A model generated the notes under the pieces. It saw only the letters and a program-made list of their open reading frames with translations, was not told the DNA's origin and did not search any database. 20,000 nt of DNA from Lama guanicoe (taxonomy: Eukaryota). Below, piece after piece: positions 11,280 to 20,000 of this stretch (position 1 is the stretch's first letter; every line of letters starts with the position of its first letter). Location: positions 292,540 through 312,539 of the forward strand of contig MU053876.1 in the NCBI GenBank assembly GCA_013239625.1, read 5' to 3'. The translations under genes and the position numbers were made by a program.

Positions 11280-12225
11280 AGGAACTTCTGGACGAAATCA
11301 CAGGAGAAAATTCTTATGACCTAGAATTAATCAATGAATTAGTTCTTATATACGACACTAAACCCATGATCCATAAAGAAAAAAAATCTGTAATTGGACT
11401 TCATTAAAATTAAAAACTTTCACTCTGCAAAAGTGCCTGTTAAGAAGACAAAAAGACAAGCCACATACTAGCAAAAAGATATTTGCAAATCTCATATGTG
11501 ACCTGTATGTAGATTATACAGACTTGTTTATGTTCAACATTAAGAAAATCAACAATCCAATCAGAAACGGACAAAAGTCTTGAACAGACATGATACCAAA
11601 GAAGATATACAGACAGCAAACAGCGTATGAAGAGGTACTCAATTATGCTTAGGGAAGTCCAAATTAAAGTAAATTAAAGTTCCAAAAAGATACCACTACA
11701 GACCCAATAAGACAGCTAAAATAAAATAATACACTACCAAGTGCTAAGAAGAATGCAGAATAGCTGGATCTCTCTTGCATGGCTGGGGGGGGGACATCCA
11801 GTGGTACAACCACCCTGGAAGATAACTGGGCTCTTCCTTATCAAGTCAAATATACACTTCCCAAATGACCCCGCAAACACACTCCTTGGGGTCTATCCTA
11901 GAGAAACAAAAACTAAGATTCACACAAAAACCTGTACACAAATGTTCAGTGCAGCTTCATTTGTAACAGCCAAGACATGGGAATTATCTAAAAAGTCCTT
12001 CAACGGGTGAATGGATAAACAGCGGAATATTATTCAGTGATAAAACAGAATGAACTACTGACATCCGACAACAGCTACAACCTGGATGGGCTCCAGTCTC
12101 ACACTCACTGAAGACGTGGACTATGGCTATGTGAGACTGGACCATCAGGGAAAGCTGGGGAGAAAGTACTTGGAAACTGCACCATTTTGCAGCTGGATGC
12201 GTTAAACTCTTTCAAAATAAAGTCT
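11280..12225 (+). mobile_element. Decayed LINE-1 ORF2 C-terminal region and 3'UTR
   Basis: Motifs ttggacttcattaaaattaaaaacttt, aaaagacaagccaca and cacacaaaaacctgtacacaaatgttc are present (ORF-track peptide LGVYPRETKTKIHTKTCTQMFSAASFVTAKTW). The segment ends in tcaaaataaa. Confidence 0.88.
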
Positions 12226-12234
12226 TTAAATGTA

Positions 12235-13555
12235 TAAGGAAGAACAAAGGACTCAGAATAGCCAAAACAACATTAAAATAGAAGCACAAATTGGGGTGAC
12301 TTGCACGACCTGATTTCAGGTCTTAGTACAAAGCTTCAGCAATCACGGTGGCGTGGCACCATCACGGTCAGGATCAATAAACAGGTTAAGGTAACAAAAT
12401 AGAGTCCAGAAACACTTCTGTGTATATACAGCCAATTTGTTCTGACAAAGGCACCAAGGCTAGTCATTAAAGAAATAGAAGTATTTTCAACAAATTGTCG
12501 TAGACCCAGGTAAACACTGGGGGGCAGGGGGGGGAAGGGGCTTGAACACTTTGACTCTCTACATCACAGTACTCTTAATTTGCCACAGATCATAAACTTA
12601 AATGTAAAAACTAAAACTATTAAACAAACACTTCAATTCCTTGGCGCAAAGATTTCTTAAAGAGAACACAAAGGCACTAAAAAAGAAAACAATGATAAAT
12701 GTGATTTCATCAAGTACAAAATCTGCTGTTCATTAAAAGACACCATGAAGAAAATTGAAGGACAACTTATAGACCAGGAGAAAGTGTTCACAGTATATGT
12801 ATCTGACAAAGGACTTGAATGCAGAATATATAAAAACTCCTACATGTCCGTAACAAAAAATGCAAACGACTCGGTGAAAAAAGGGCAAAAGGTTAGAATG
12901 GACACGTCAAAAAAAGACACACAAATTGTAAACATGTACACGAAAAGGCGCTCAGAATCATTAGTCACTGAGAAAATGCAAATGAAACCTATGATATCAT
13001 TTCATACCCACCAGAATGACTAAAATTAAAAACACGGATGACGCCAAATGTTAAGAAGAATGTGGAGAAACTGGAACCTTCATATATGCTGGTGGAAGTG
13101 TGAAATGATAAACTTCTTCAGAAAACTGCTTGTTATGTTATAAAGTTAAATACACACCCAACTTATTTTCCACTCCTAGGTATTCATTTACCCAAGATAA
13201 ATGAAACTATATGTCCAGAAAACAACTTTGTCAAGTCTCTTCACTGAACCGTTATTCATAACAGCCCCAAACTGGAAACTTAAATGCCCGCTGAATACTT
13301 CTTAGCAATACAAAAGAATGAACTACTGATACTTAATTTGGATGAATCTCAACAATCTTGTTGAGAAAAAGAAGCCAGACACAAGAGTACACAAGAAAAG
13401 ATGCAAAATTAATCTAGTGACAGAAATCAGAACACTAGTTACCCATGGGAGGTGACAAGGACATTCTTTAAGGGATGTCTTGATTGGGGCGTGTGCATAT
13501 ATCAAAACTCACAACCCATAAATTTCACTGTACGTATATTTTACTTCAGTTGATA
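12235..13555 (+). mobile_element. Decayed LINE-1 ORF2 3' part and 3'UTR (probably the continuation of the 7560-9150 element)
   Basis: Motifs agaatagccaaaacaacatt, aaaatagagtccagaaa, tgacaaaggcaccaagg, tatctgacaaaggacttg, ttattcataacagccccaaactggaaac and ggatgaatctcaacaa are present. Confidence 0.88.
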
Positions 13556-13586
13556 ATATGTTAACTTTAAAATATGATATAATCTG

Positions 13587-14170
13587 GAGAAAAGTCTAAT
13601 TCGAAAAGATACGTGTACCCCAATGTTCACAGCAGCACTATTTAGAATAGCCAAGACATGGAAGCAACCTCAGTGTCCATCAACAGATGACTGGATAAAG
13701 AAGCTGTGGTATATTTATACAATGGAAATTTACTGAGCCATAAAAAAGAATGAAATAAACCCATTTGCAACAACATGGAGAGACCCAGAGATTATCATAC
13801 TAAGTGAAGTAAATCAGAGAAAGACAAATACCATATGATACCACGTATATGCGGAATCTAAAATATGACACAAAGAAACTTATTTATAAAACAGAAACAG
13901 ACACACAGATATAGAAAACTTTCGGTTACCAAAAGAGAAAGGGGGTCAGGGATAGATAAAGTAGGAGTCTGGGATTAGCAGATACAGACTACTGTATATG
14001 AAACAGATAAAACAACAAGGTCTTACTGTACAGCACAGGGAACTATATTCAATATACTGTAATAAATCATAATGAAAAAGAATATATATATATATAAACT
14101 GAATCAATTTGCTGTACACCAGAAACTAACACAACATTGTAAATCAATAATACTTCAATAAAAATAAATA
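13587..14170 (+). mobile_element. Younger 5'-truncated LINE-1 3' end (artiodactyl-type ORF2 end + 3'UTR)
   Basis: Well-preserved gaaaagatacgtgtaccccaatgttcacagcagcactattt...tactgtacagcacagggaactatattcaata...aacacaacattgtaaatcaa...cttcaataaaa. It is preceded by the candidate TSD aaaatatgatataatctg (13569-13586). Confidence 0.9.
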
Positions 14171-14450
14171 ACTTGTGGTTGCCAGGGGGAGGGGTGGGAA
14201 GGAACAGACTGGGAGTTTGAAATGTGTAGATACTGACAGGTATATACAGAATAGCTATACAAGATTATACTGTACAGCACAGGGAAGTGTGTGTAAGATC
14301 TTGTGGTAGCTCATGGTGAAACAGTATGCAACAATGAATATATGTATATTCATATATAACTGATAAATTGTGCTCTACAATGGAAATTGACACATTGTAA
14401 ACAGACTATAACTAAATAAAATAAAATTTTTTAAAAATTAGAAAAATAAA
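14171..14450 (+). mobile_element. Second LINE-1 3'UTR of a different subfamily, directly after the first element's tail
   Basis: It parallels 13920-14170 but is clearly diverged: gtggttgccagggggaggggtgggaagg...tactgtacagcacagggaa...gacacattgtaaacagactataact, then an AATAAA-rich tail. Confidence 0.82.
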
Positions 14451-14514
14451 CTATGATATAAATCTGTACTCACAGCGTTGATTCTGAGACAAAACTATCT
14501 GAAATTAAGTAGAC

Positions 14515-15035
14515 AAAAAGTTTTATAATTTTCTCCTTAAAGACACTGTTCATCTTTTGTTAGATTTTATTTCTATTGGTAAAGGTATCTTTCCATAAGT
14601 AATGTGTAATTTCTTATTGTTGGTATGTAGGTTCAACTGAATTTTTTATATCGTCCTTATAACCAGTACAACCTTACTAACTCTCATTAAATCTAATACA
14701 CTGCCAATAGATTATCTTCCAGTTTCTATGTAGACAATCAGGGCGGGAGGGGAGTGGTTAGCTCTGCATCTTTCTTTTTAAATTCTTATTATCTATGTCC
14801 TTTAGAAGAACGGTGAGTAGTAGCTAGCAGCACCTCTGTCTTGGGTGCTCATGTTTTGGTTAGGACTTTCGCAGTTATCTTCAGGTGTCTGCCTGTGAGT
14901 TGACTCTCTCTGTGTTGTTTTGGTACAAAAGTCATTATTTAAACAATAAATTAGGGACTTCTCTTTGTATTCTCTGAACCGCTTTGTACAAAGGAAAGAT
15001 TATGACCAGTTCTTTGAAAGTCCAGTGGATACCAC
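14515..15035 (-). mobile_element. Very old LINE-1 ORF2 fragments, minus strand (continuing at about 15478-15600 after the MLT2 LTR)
   Basis: The + strand is T-rich with reverse-L1 motifs: catcttttgttagattttattt, caaccttactaactctcatta, tttctatgtagacaatca, gttctttgaaagt...cacctgtga and later ggaaattatctatttcatctaaactttcaaat. Confidence 0.6.
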
Positions 15036-15098
15036 CTGTGATAGTTTTATGGGTCAATCTGGGAAGACTTTAGTTCACTGTTGTTCAAACAAACACTA

Positions 15099-15137
15099 AT
15101 CCAGCTGTAGGATCCAGCTGTAGGATCCAGCTGTAGG
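15099..15137 (+). repeat. Perfect tandem triplication of the 13-mer ATCCAGCTGTAGG
   Basis: Three exact units at 15099-15111, 15112-15124 and 15125-15137. Confidence 0.95.
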
Positions 15138-15391
15138 AAGGTATTCTGCAGATGTGATTAAAGTCTCTAATCAGTTGACTTTAAGGAGATTATCCTAGAA
15201 AATCTGGGTGGGCCTGATTCAATCATCTGAAAAGCCTTCAGAGCACAAAAAGAGTTTCCTGAAGCTTTGGACTACAGCTTTGGCTCATGACCAAGAGTTC
15301 CAAGGCTGCCCTTCCTGATACGGCACCGTACCCATTCCAGACCTGCCCAACTAGCTCCCACAATCACTCACATAGGCCAATATCCTGCCAG

Positions 15392-15415
15392 GTGTGTGTG
15401 TGTGTGTGTGTGTGT
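15392..15415 (+). repeat. (GT)12 microsatellite
   Basis: Directly visible. Confidence 0.95.
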
Positions 15416-15652
15416 ACACACTTGGTTTAGTCAGGGTTTGGAAGCATGTATGTGCATGAGAGATAAGACACAAAGCAAGTTTTAACTGCTGATCCAATTT
15501 TCTAATGGCTGTTTATTTATTCGAGTCAGTTATATTTCTCAAGGAAATTATCTATTTCATCTAAACTTTCAAATTGATGATAAGAAGACATTCATGTGAC
15601 TTTTCCCTCTTTACCACACCTATAAATGTATCCCAGTTTCCACTGCCTATGC

Positions 15653-15742
15653 CAGGGGGTCAACAAACATTTTCTGTTAAGGACCAGGTATAAATATTTC
15701 AAGCTTCGGAGGCTATAAACCATCTGTCATATATATTCTTCT
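15653..15742 (+). mobile_element. hAT-Charlie MER58-family MITE fragment (5' end)
   Basis: cagggggtcaacaaacattttctgttaaggaccaggtataaatatttcaagcttcg resembles the recalled consensus caggggtcggcaaactttttctgtaaagggccagatagtaaatattttaggctttg. Confidence 0.75.
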
Positions 15743-15746
15743 GTAC

Positions 15747-15770
15747 ATATATATATATAGAGAGAGAGAG
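15747..15770 (+). repeat. Compound microsatellite (AT)6(AG)6
   Basis: Directly visible. Confidence 0.9.
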
Positions 15771-17324
15771 TTTTAATCTATACAACTTATTTATAATGTG
15801 TCCTGATGAATCTACTCTTTGCTGGATAAAACATACAGTGGTCTTAGATAACAAGAACACTTAATTTTTTGGATCCATTCCTTGAATACAGACACAGCTT
15901 TGTCACAGTGAACCATTTTTCCGTAAGTAAATTATAAAAGAGATTAACCTGCATTATAAATTCTAGGTTATAATATTCCTCTGTAAACATTTTTTAAACG
16001 GCTTGCGAAGAACTCCTTCTGATCATTCTTCTAAATCCTCCTGAAACAAAGAAAATTCTAGAATCATGAATATTGACTCAGGTTTTCCACACTCTTGGTG
16101 TTAAATCAGAAATAGTACACTTAAAAATATGTAAATTCTGCTACTATTTGGAAGCATACCAACCACTAAATGTCAATTTTTAATTAATTGGGATTTTGTA
16201 CATATTGCAAAGCTTTCTTCAACACCACAAATACTACAGATATGGTACTTTTTATCCACAAAACTACAGACTGATTCCCTCAGTGTCAACGTGATGCATG
16301 TATGTTATACATTTGTACAAAAGCTTGCAAAAAGTCAAATTTTTAGAATTTCCTACTACATGCTCACATGAATTTAGACGGAGAAAAAGAATCAAGATAA
16401 CACCATGAGGGAAAATTTCCAAAGCCCTAACTTTCTCAACATTTTATCATCACCTGAAAGTCAATTTTCACCTTTTTCACGGGCTGGATTTGTTAGTTCA
16501 CTTTGCTTGGGGCTCACGTGCTCTTGCAGTGTGGCAGTGCAAGACAATAAGGCCACTGACAACAGCACTGGCTATGAATCCATAAAAATAATGGTGAAGT
16601 GAATCAGAATATCACAGAATCCCCCGCAGGAAAGAAATGACACCTGAAGGGCGAGGTCTGCCTTTGCAAAAGTGGCAGTGTTCTAATCTAACTAATATAT
16701 CTGTTATTTACACACTGCCCCCCCCCCCGTTTTTTTAGCCTCTTAGCTGCATGTATTTGCTCCTGCAGACATCTGCATGCTACCGTCACTGTGAAGGAAA
16801 AAAATGAGAAAAATGCTTCTTCGTAAACGTGCATAAGTGTTCTTAGCAGCAGCAGTTTCTACTTGAGGTCCCTCTTCTTTGCTAGCTACCATGAAGCTCA
16901 CATGGAAGGGCCCCGGGCAAGTGGCCTCACGCACAATAGAGTCAGACCAGCGTTCTCCATCATTACCTTCCCAGTAAGGGCTTCACACCGAGAAGCCAGG
17001 AGGACTCAGTTCTCAGCTGCACAGAAACACTGATGCCCCGACCAGACTTTCGTGTTCTTGCCAGCTTGTTCACATCTCCTTCTACAACAATAGCGTAAAA
17101 TGAGGAAGGGGTGGTGGGCAGAGGCACTGAGACTGGGAAACAAACAAAGACAGGGAAGGTCGGTGTCCCTTTCCCGCCCCCGTCTCTTCACGCCACACCT
17201 GAACCAATAAAACAAAAAAGAAAATCCACAGTAGGAAAGATCCTCCCCAATATCCCAGCCACTTGAAATCTCAAGACGAAGGCAGGGAAAGAAGCCCTTT
17301 AGTCCTCTAAAAACCTCTCAGGTC

Positions 17325-17420
17325 AAGTATTCTGATCCCATGTTGCAGATAAACACGTGGAGACGCACAGAGGGGAAAGAACCCCAGCCTTTGATAAAGT
17401 GGCAGGTCCTGAACCCTCAT
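17325..17420 (+). mobile_element. MIR core fragment (highly diverged)
   Basis: atcccatgttgcagataaacacgtggagacgcacagagggga resembles the MIR core atccccattttacagatgaggaaactgaggcacagagagg. Confidence 0.5.
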
Positions 17421-18464
17421 CCACGACCCGAACACTCACACAGGGCGGTGGCCCACAGAAGGGGACCTCAGCCACCCAGGTCCCGTGTGCCTCAACATCA
17501 CGGCGCAGCCTGAAAAAAAACCCTTAGACAGCAGACTGTTTCAGAAGCATCATTCCAAATAAGTACATTCAAAACTTCCCAGTTCACATTTTCTGACCAG
17601 AAAGTAAAGTCAAATGATGAAGAAATGAAAAACAAACAAACAAAAAAAAGCAAGAGGACCGATTTATCAGTTGGCTGTAAAATACCTTCACCGAGGGTCA
17701 ATGTGAAATAGTAGGTCAGTCAGTAACAAGCTGATCTTTTTTATGAGCTCAAACTTAGAAAACACAGAAAGCGCTTCAGGCAGGTGGACGTGGCTTTTTC
17801 TGCCTAGCTTCTGGGTCAGACACCGCCCTCCCCCCCAACAGCCTACTTCACTTGAACTTCGGTGTGCTACTAGCGTCCACTGTTAATAACCACCTCGTTC
17901 ACACTAGGTGTGCCCAATCTCCTAAAAGCACCTATTTCCTGGACCTCAGATTCTGCAGATTGCTAGGTGTGAAGACTTCCTTTTCCACCCACATTACTTT
18001 AGCGGAGGCGAGGCCAGAAGGGGACAGCAAATCTAAAAGCAGGAAACCAGCTTATGCAATAAGACGCGCCAGTTCTAAGCAGGCGTGGAACCTCCCTTGT
18101 GGCCATACTTTCTTGTATGAAAATGTGCACACTGACTTTATTTGGTAAAACTTCAAGGCTATCTTTTCCTAGAAGCACAATTTTCCATTGATACCTACTA
18201 GAAAACCTGCTGCGTCGTGGGAGATGAAGCAGACGCTGGAGAAAGGAATGGACGGCAGCCTGCCTGTGGCTTCGCAGCAATATACCCTCCGGCGGATTTA
18301 TTTTCTCCCTGAGGCACATCTGGAACATGATGGGTCACTCCCAAGTCTACCAGTGCTGCTCAATGCCTTTGCCACCCTATCTCTACCATTCTCTTCCATC
18401 TTGCAAAAAACATGGACTGCTTTGATAATACAGTCAGGGACTTAATTTTAAATTCTTTTGTCCA

Positions 18465-18596
18465 ACTATTTTATTTCGGGGGGGGGAGGATAATTAGGTT
18501 TGTTTATTTATTTATTTTAATGGAGGTACTGGGGATTGAACCCAGGACCTCGTGCATGCTAAGCATGTGCTCTACCACTGAGCTACACTCTCCTCC
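18465..18596 (-). mobile_element. tRNA-Ala-derived SINE (Vic-1-like), copy 4, minus strand
   Basis: The reverse complement reads ggaggagagtgtagctcagtggtagagcacatgcttagcatgcacgaggtcctgggttcaatccccagtacctcca-ttaaaataaataaataaacaaacctaattatcctccccc. Confidence 0.9.
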
Positions 18597-19180
18597 AAGG
18601 GAGTATTTTCATATTGAGAGTTTATTCATTTATTTCGAAGACTCAGCCCTGGCTCTGATCACTCACAACGTCTTTCTCCACATGGCCTTCAGAGGCAGTC
18701 TGAGTTACAGCCGCTTCCACAACACCATTTTTTGGGGGTAGCATTTCCGAGGATGACCACCTACCTACCACCTAACCTTGGCTGAAGGCAAGTTCACCTT
18801 CTTAATAGAAATTTGCCAAAATGAGCATATTAAGTTGCATGAACAAGAGAGGCTGAAGGCAAATTTTAAAGAAGTCTCAAAAATGTCCTCAACAACAGTA
18901 ACACCACTAGAAAAAGTGTAAGACGCTTCCAAGGTAAGACCTGCTCCTGCTCCTGCTGTGGTAACCCCACAAGTTTCTCGCTTTAAAAATGGCATTTACT
19001 ACGCTGAGTTCCTAGTGCTTGTCTTCAAATTTACTCTGCCCGCAATTTCAAGTCTCTGTTAGTAATTTCCAAATCCCAGCGGTATCAGAACTTTAAGACT
19101 CCTAAAATTTAAACCCTCATTTTGCCATCCCAGTGGTTATACTACCCTCCTTAGCTTAAAAAAAAAATCAGCTTAGTAGT

Positions 19181-19319
19181 GGGGAGGGTATAGTTCAAAT
19201 GGTAGAGCACATGCTTAGTATGCACAAGGCCCTGGGTTCAATCCCCAGTGCCTCCATTAAAAATAATGATAAAAAATAAACAGACCTAATGATCTCTCTC
19301 CCACCAAAATTTTTTTTTT
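19181..19319 (+). mobile_element. tRNA-Ala-derived SINE (Vic-1-like), copy 5, with target-site duplication
   Basis: ggggagggtatagttcaaatggtagagcacatgcttagtatgcacaaggccctgggttcaatccccagtgcctcca plus tail. The direct repeat aaatcagctta is at 19165-19175 and 19320-19330. Confidence 0.92.
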
Positions 19320-19429
19320 AAATCAGCTTACTTTTATGTAGCTCACAGAAAAAGCACAGCAAGTAGTTTCAGAAGGAAGGAAGGAGCGGCAGAAGGGAAC
19401 ATTTTACAAGTATCACCCCATGTAGGAGC

Positions 19430-19530
19430 AGGTGTTTTCAAGAAGCGGAGGCTCAGAAAGCACAACGCAGTCTTGCAAGGCTCCCCAACAAGTAACTGCT
19501 CGAGTCGCACTCCAGCGCATTCTGCCTTTA
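19430..19530 (+). mobile_element. MIR core fragment (highly diverged)
   Basis: gaagcggaggctcagaaag...cttgcaaggctccccaacaagtaa resembles MIR gaaactgaggctcagagagg...cttgcccaaggtcacacagctagtaa. Confidence 0.5.
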
Positions 19531-19769
19531 TCTTCCAGCTTTTCTCTCTTATTTTCTTACCAGAGTTTACTTATTTAAATTAAAATCAAACTCAACTCTC
19601 GTTCCATTCCAAAGTTCTCCCTGAGCCAGCACCGGAAAGGGGTTTCTCCTTCCTCTAACGCCAACGTTTCTCCTGCACAAATGCGAAGGCTCTAGTCACG
19701 TGCGGGCTTAGAACGCATCACAGCAAAAACCGTCTACAAACTCTCGCGATAGTTCAGCGGCGGCTTCGG

Positions 19770-20000
19770 CCTAAGCAGAGCCCCAAATTCACGTTGAAGC
19801 CCTAAGCTCCGAAACGACTGTGTCTGCAGAGGTAGTTAAGGTTTACACGAGGTCATACCGGGAGGCCCTCATCCGATGGGTGGCCTTATAATGAACCAGA
19901 CACCGAATGGACCAGCACCTTGTTCTTGGACTTCCCAGCCTTCCCAACTGTGAGCAAATAAATGTCTATTGTTTCAGCGCCCCGCCCTCATAGTATTTCA
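19770..20000 (+). mobile_element. MaLR solo LTR (MLT1A-like) with internal deletion, running off the window edge
   Basis: Motifs ccccaaattcacgttgaagccctaa, ggtagttaaggtttacacgaggtcata and ccagcaccttgttcttggacttcccagcc...aactgtgagcaaataaatgtctattgttt match recalled MLT1A/MST motifs. Confidence 0.78.

Larger units (their letters stand above)
15037..15420 (+). mobile_element. ERVL solo LTR, MLT2-type
   Basis: tgtgatagttttatgggtcaa...aaacactaatc...gaaggtattctgcagatgtgattaa...taatcagttgactttaaggagattatcct...ctgggtgggcctgattcaatca matches recalled MLT2 LTR motifs. A 3' dinucleotide microsatellite is present, as is common in MLT2. Confidence 0.8.
5155..20000 (-). other. CMC1: CMC1 intron upstream of the 90-nt exon (intron 1; exon 1 encoding MALDPA was not found in the window)
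   Basis: The acceptor is at 5155-5156. I found no ATG-GCG-CTx-GAC-CCx-GCx-G|GT segment on the minus strand in the window, and the region is repeat-dominated. Confidence 0.8.

Noticed and set aside
7970..13505. Numerous 60-92 aa ORFs on both strands
   Set aside because: They are fragments or antisense reads of decayed L1 ORF1/ORF2. No intact L1 ORF is present, so nothing here is an autonomous element.
15099..15137. CRISPR-like or other prokaryotic system
   Set aside because: The repeats are adjacent with no spacers, and the whole window is clearly mammalian intronic DNA with no operon-like or foreign coding content.
18521..18596. Possible genuine tRNA-Ala(AGC) gene (likewise at 5287, 6730, 9421 and 19181)
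   Set aside because: The acceptor stem does not pair canonically and the anticodon stem has a mismatch. Every copy carries the SINE-type linker and tail, and one has a clear TSD. These are SINEs, not tRNA genes.
17852..18995. Cluster of overlapping 76-109 aa ORFs
   Set aside because: They show no protein-like similarity and one runs through a SINE (MEVLGIEPRTSCML). This is consistent with chance ORFs in GC-richer intron.

Overview
This is a mammalian genomic window, probably from a camelid, judged from five copies of a tRNA-Ala-derived SINE resembling the tylopod Vic-1 family. It lies inside the CMC1 gene (twin CX9C mitochondrial cytochrome c oxidase assembly factor) on the minus strand. The only convincing coding sequence is one 90-nt internal exon at 5065-5154, encoding (E)QHLRHVEKDVLIPKIMREKARERCSEQVQ(D) with canonical AG/GT ends. 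Everything to its right is the upstream intron and everything to its left is the downstream intron. Rising CpG density at the right edge suggests exon 1 and the promoter lie just beyond position 20000. About 6.4-15.6 kb is a nested pile of decayed LINE-1 pieces, with MaLR/ERVL LTRs, Tigger and MER58 DNA-transposon fragments, MIRs and microsatellites. None of the ORF-track ORFs looks like a real gene. I found no evidence of a novel biological system. The points worth a second look are a candidate poison or alternative exon, a tandem splice acceptor, an inverted SINE pair and the nested retroelement architecture. Repeat family names come from my recall of consensus sequences, and repeat boundaries are approximate.
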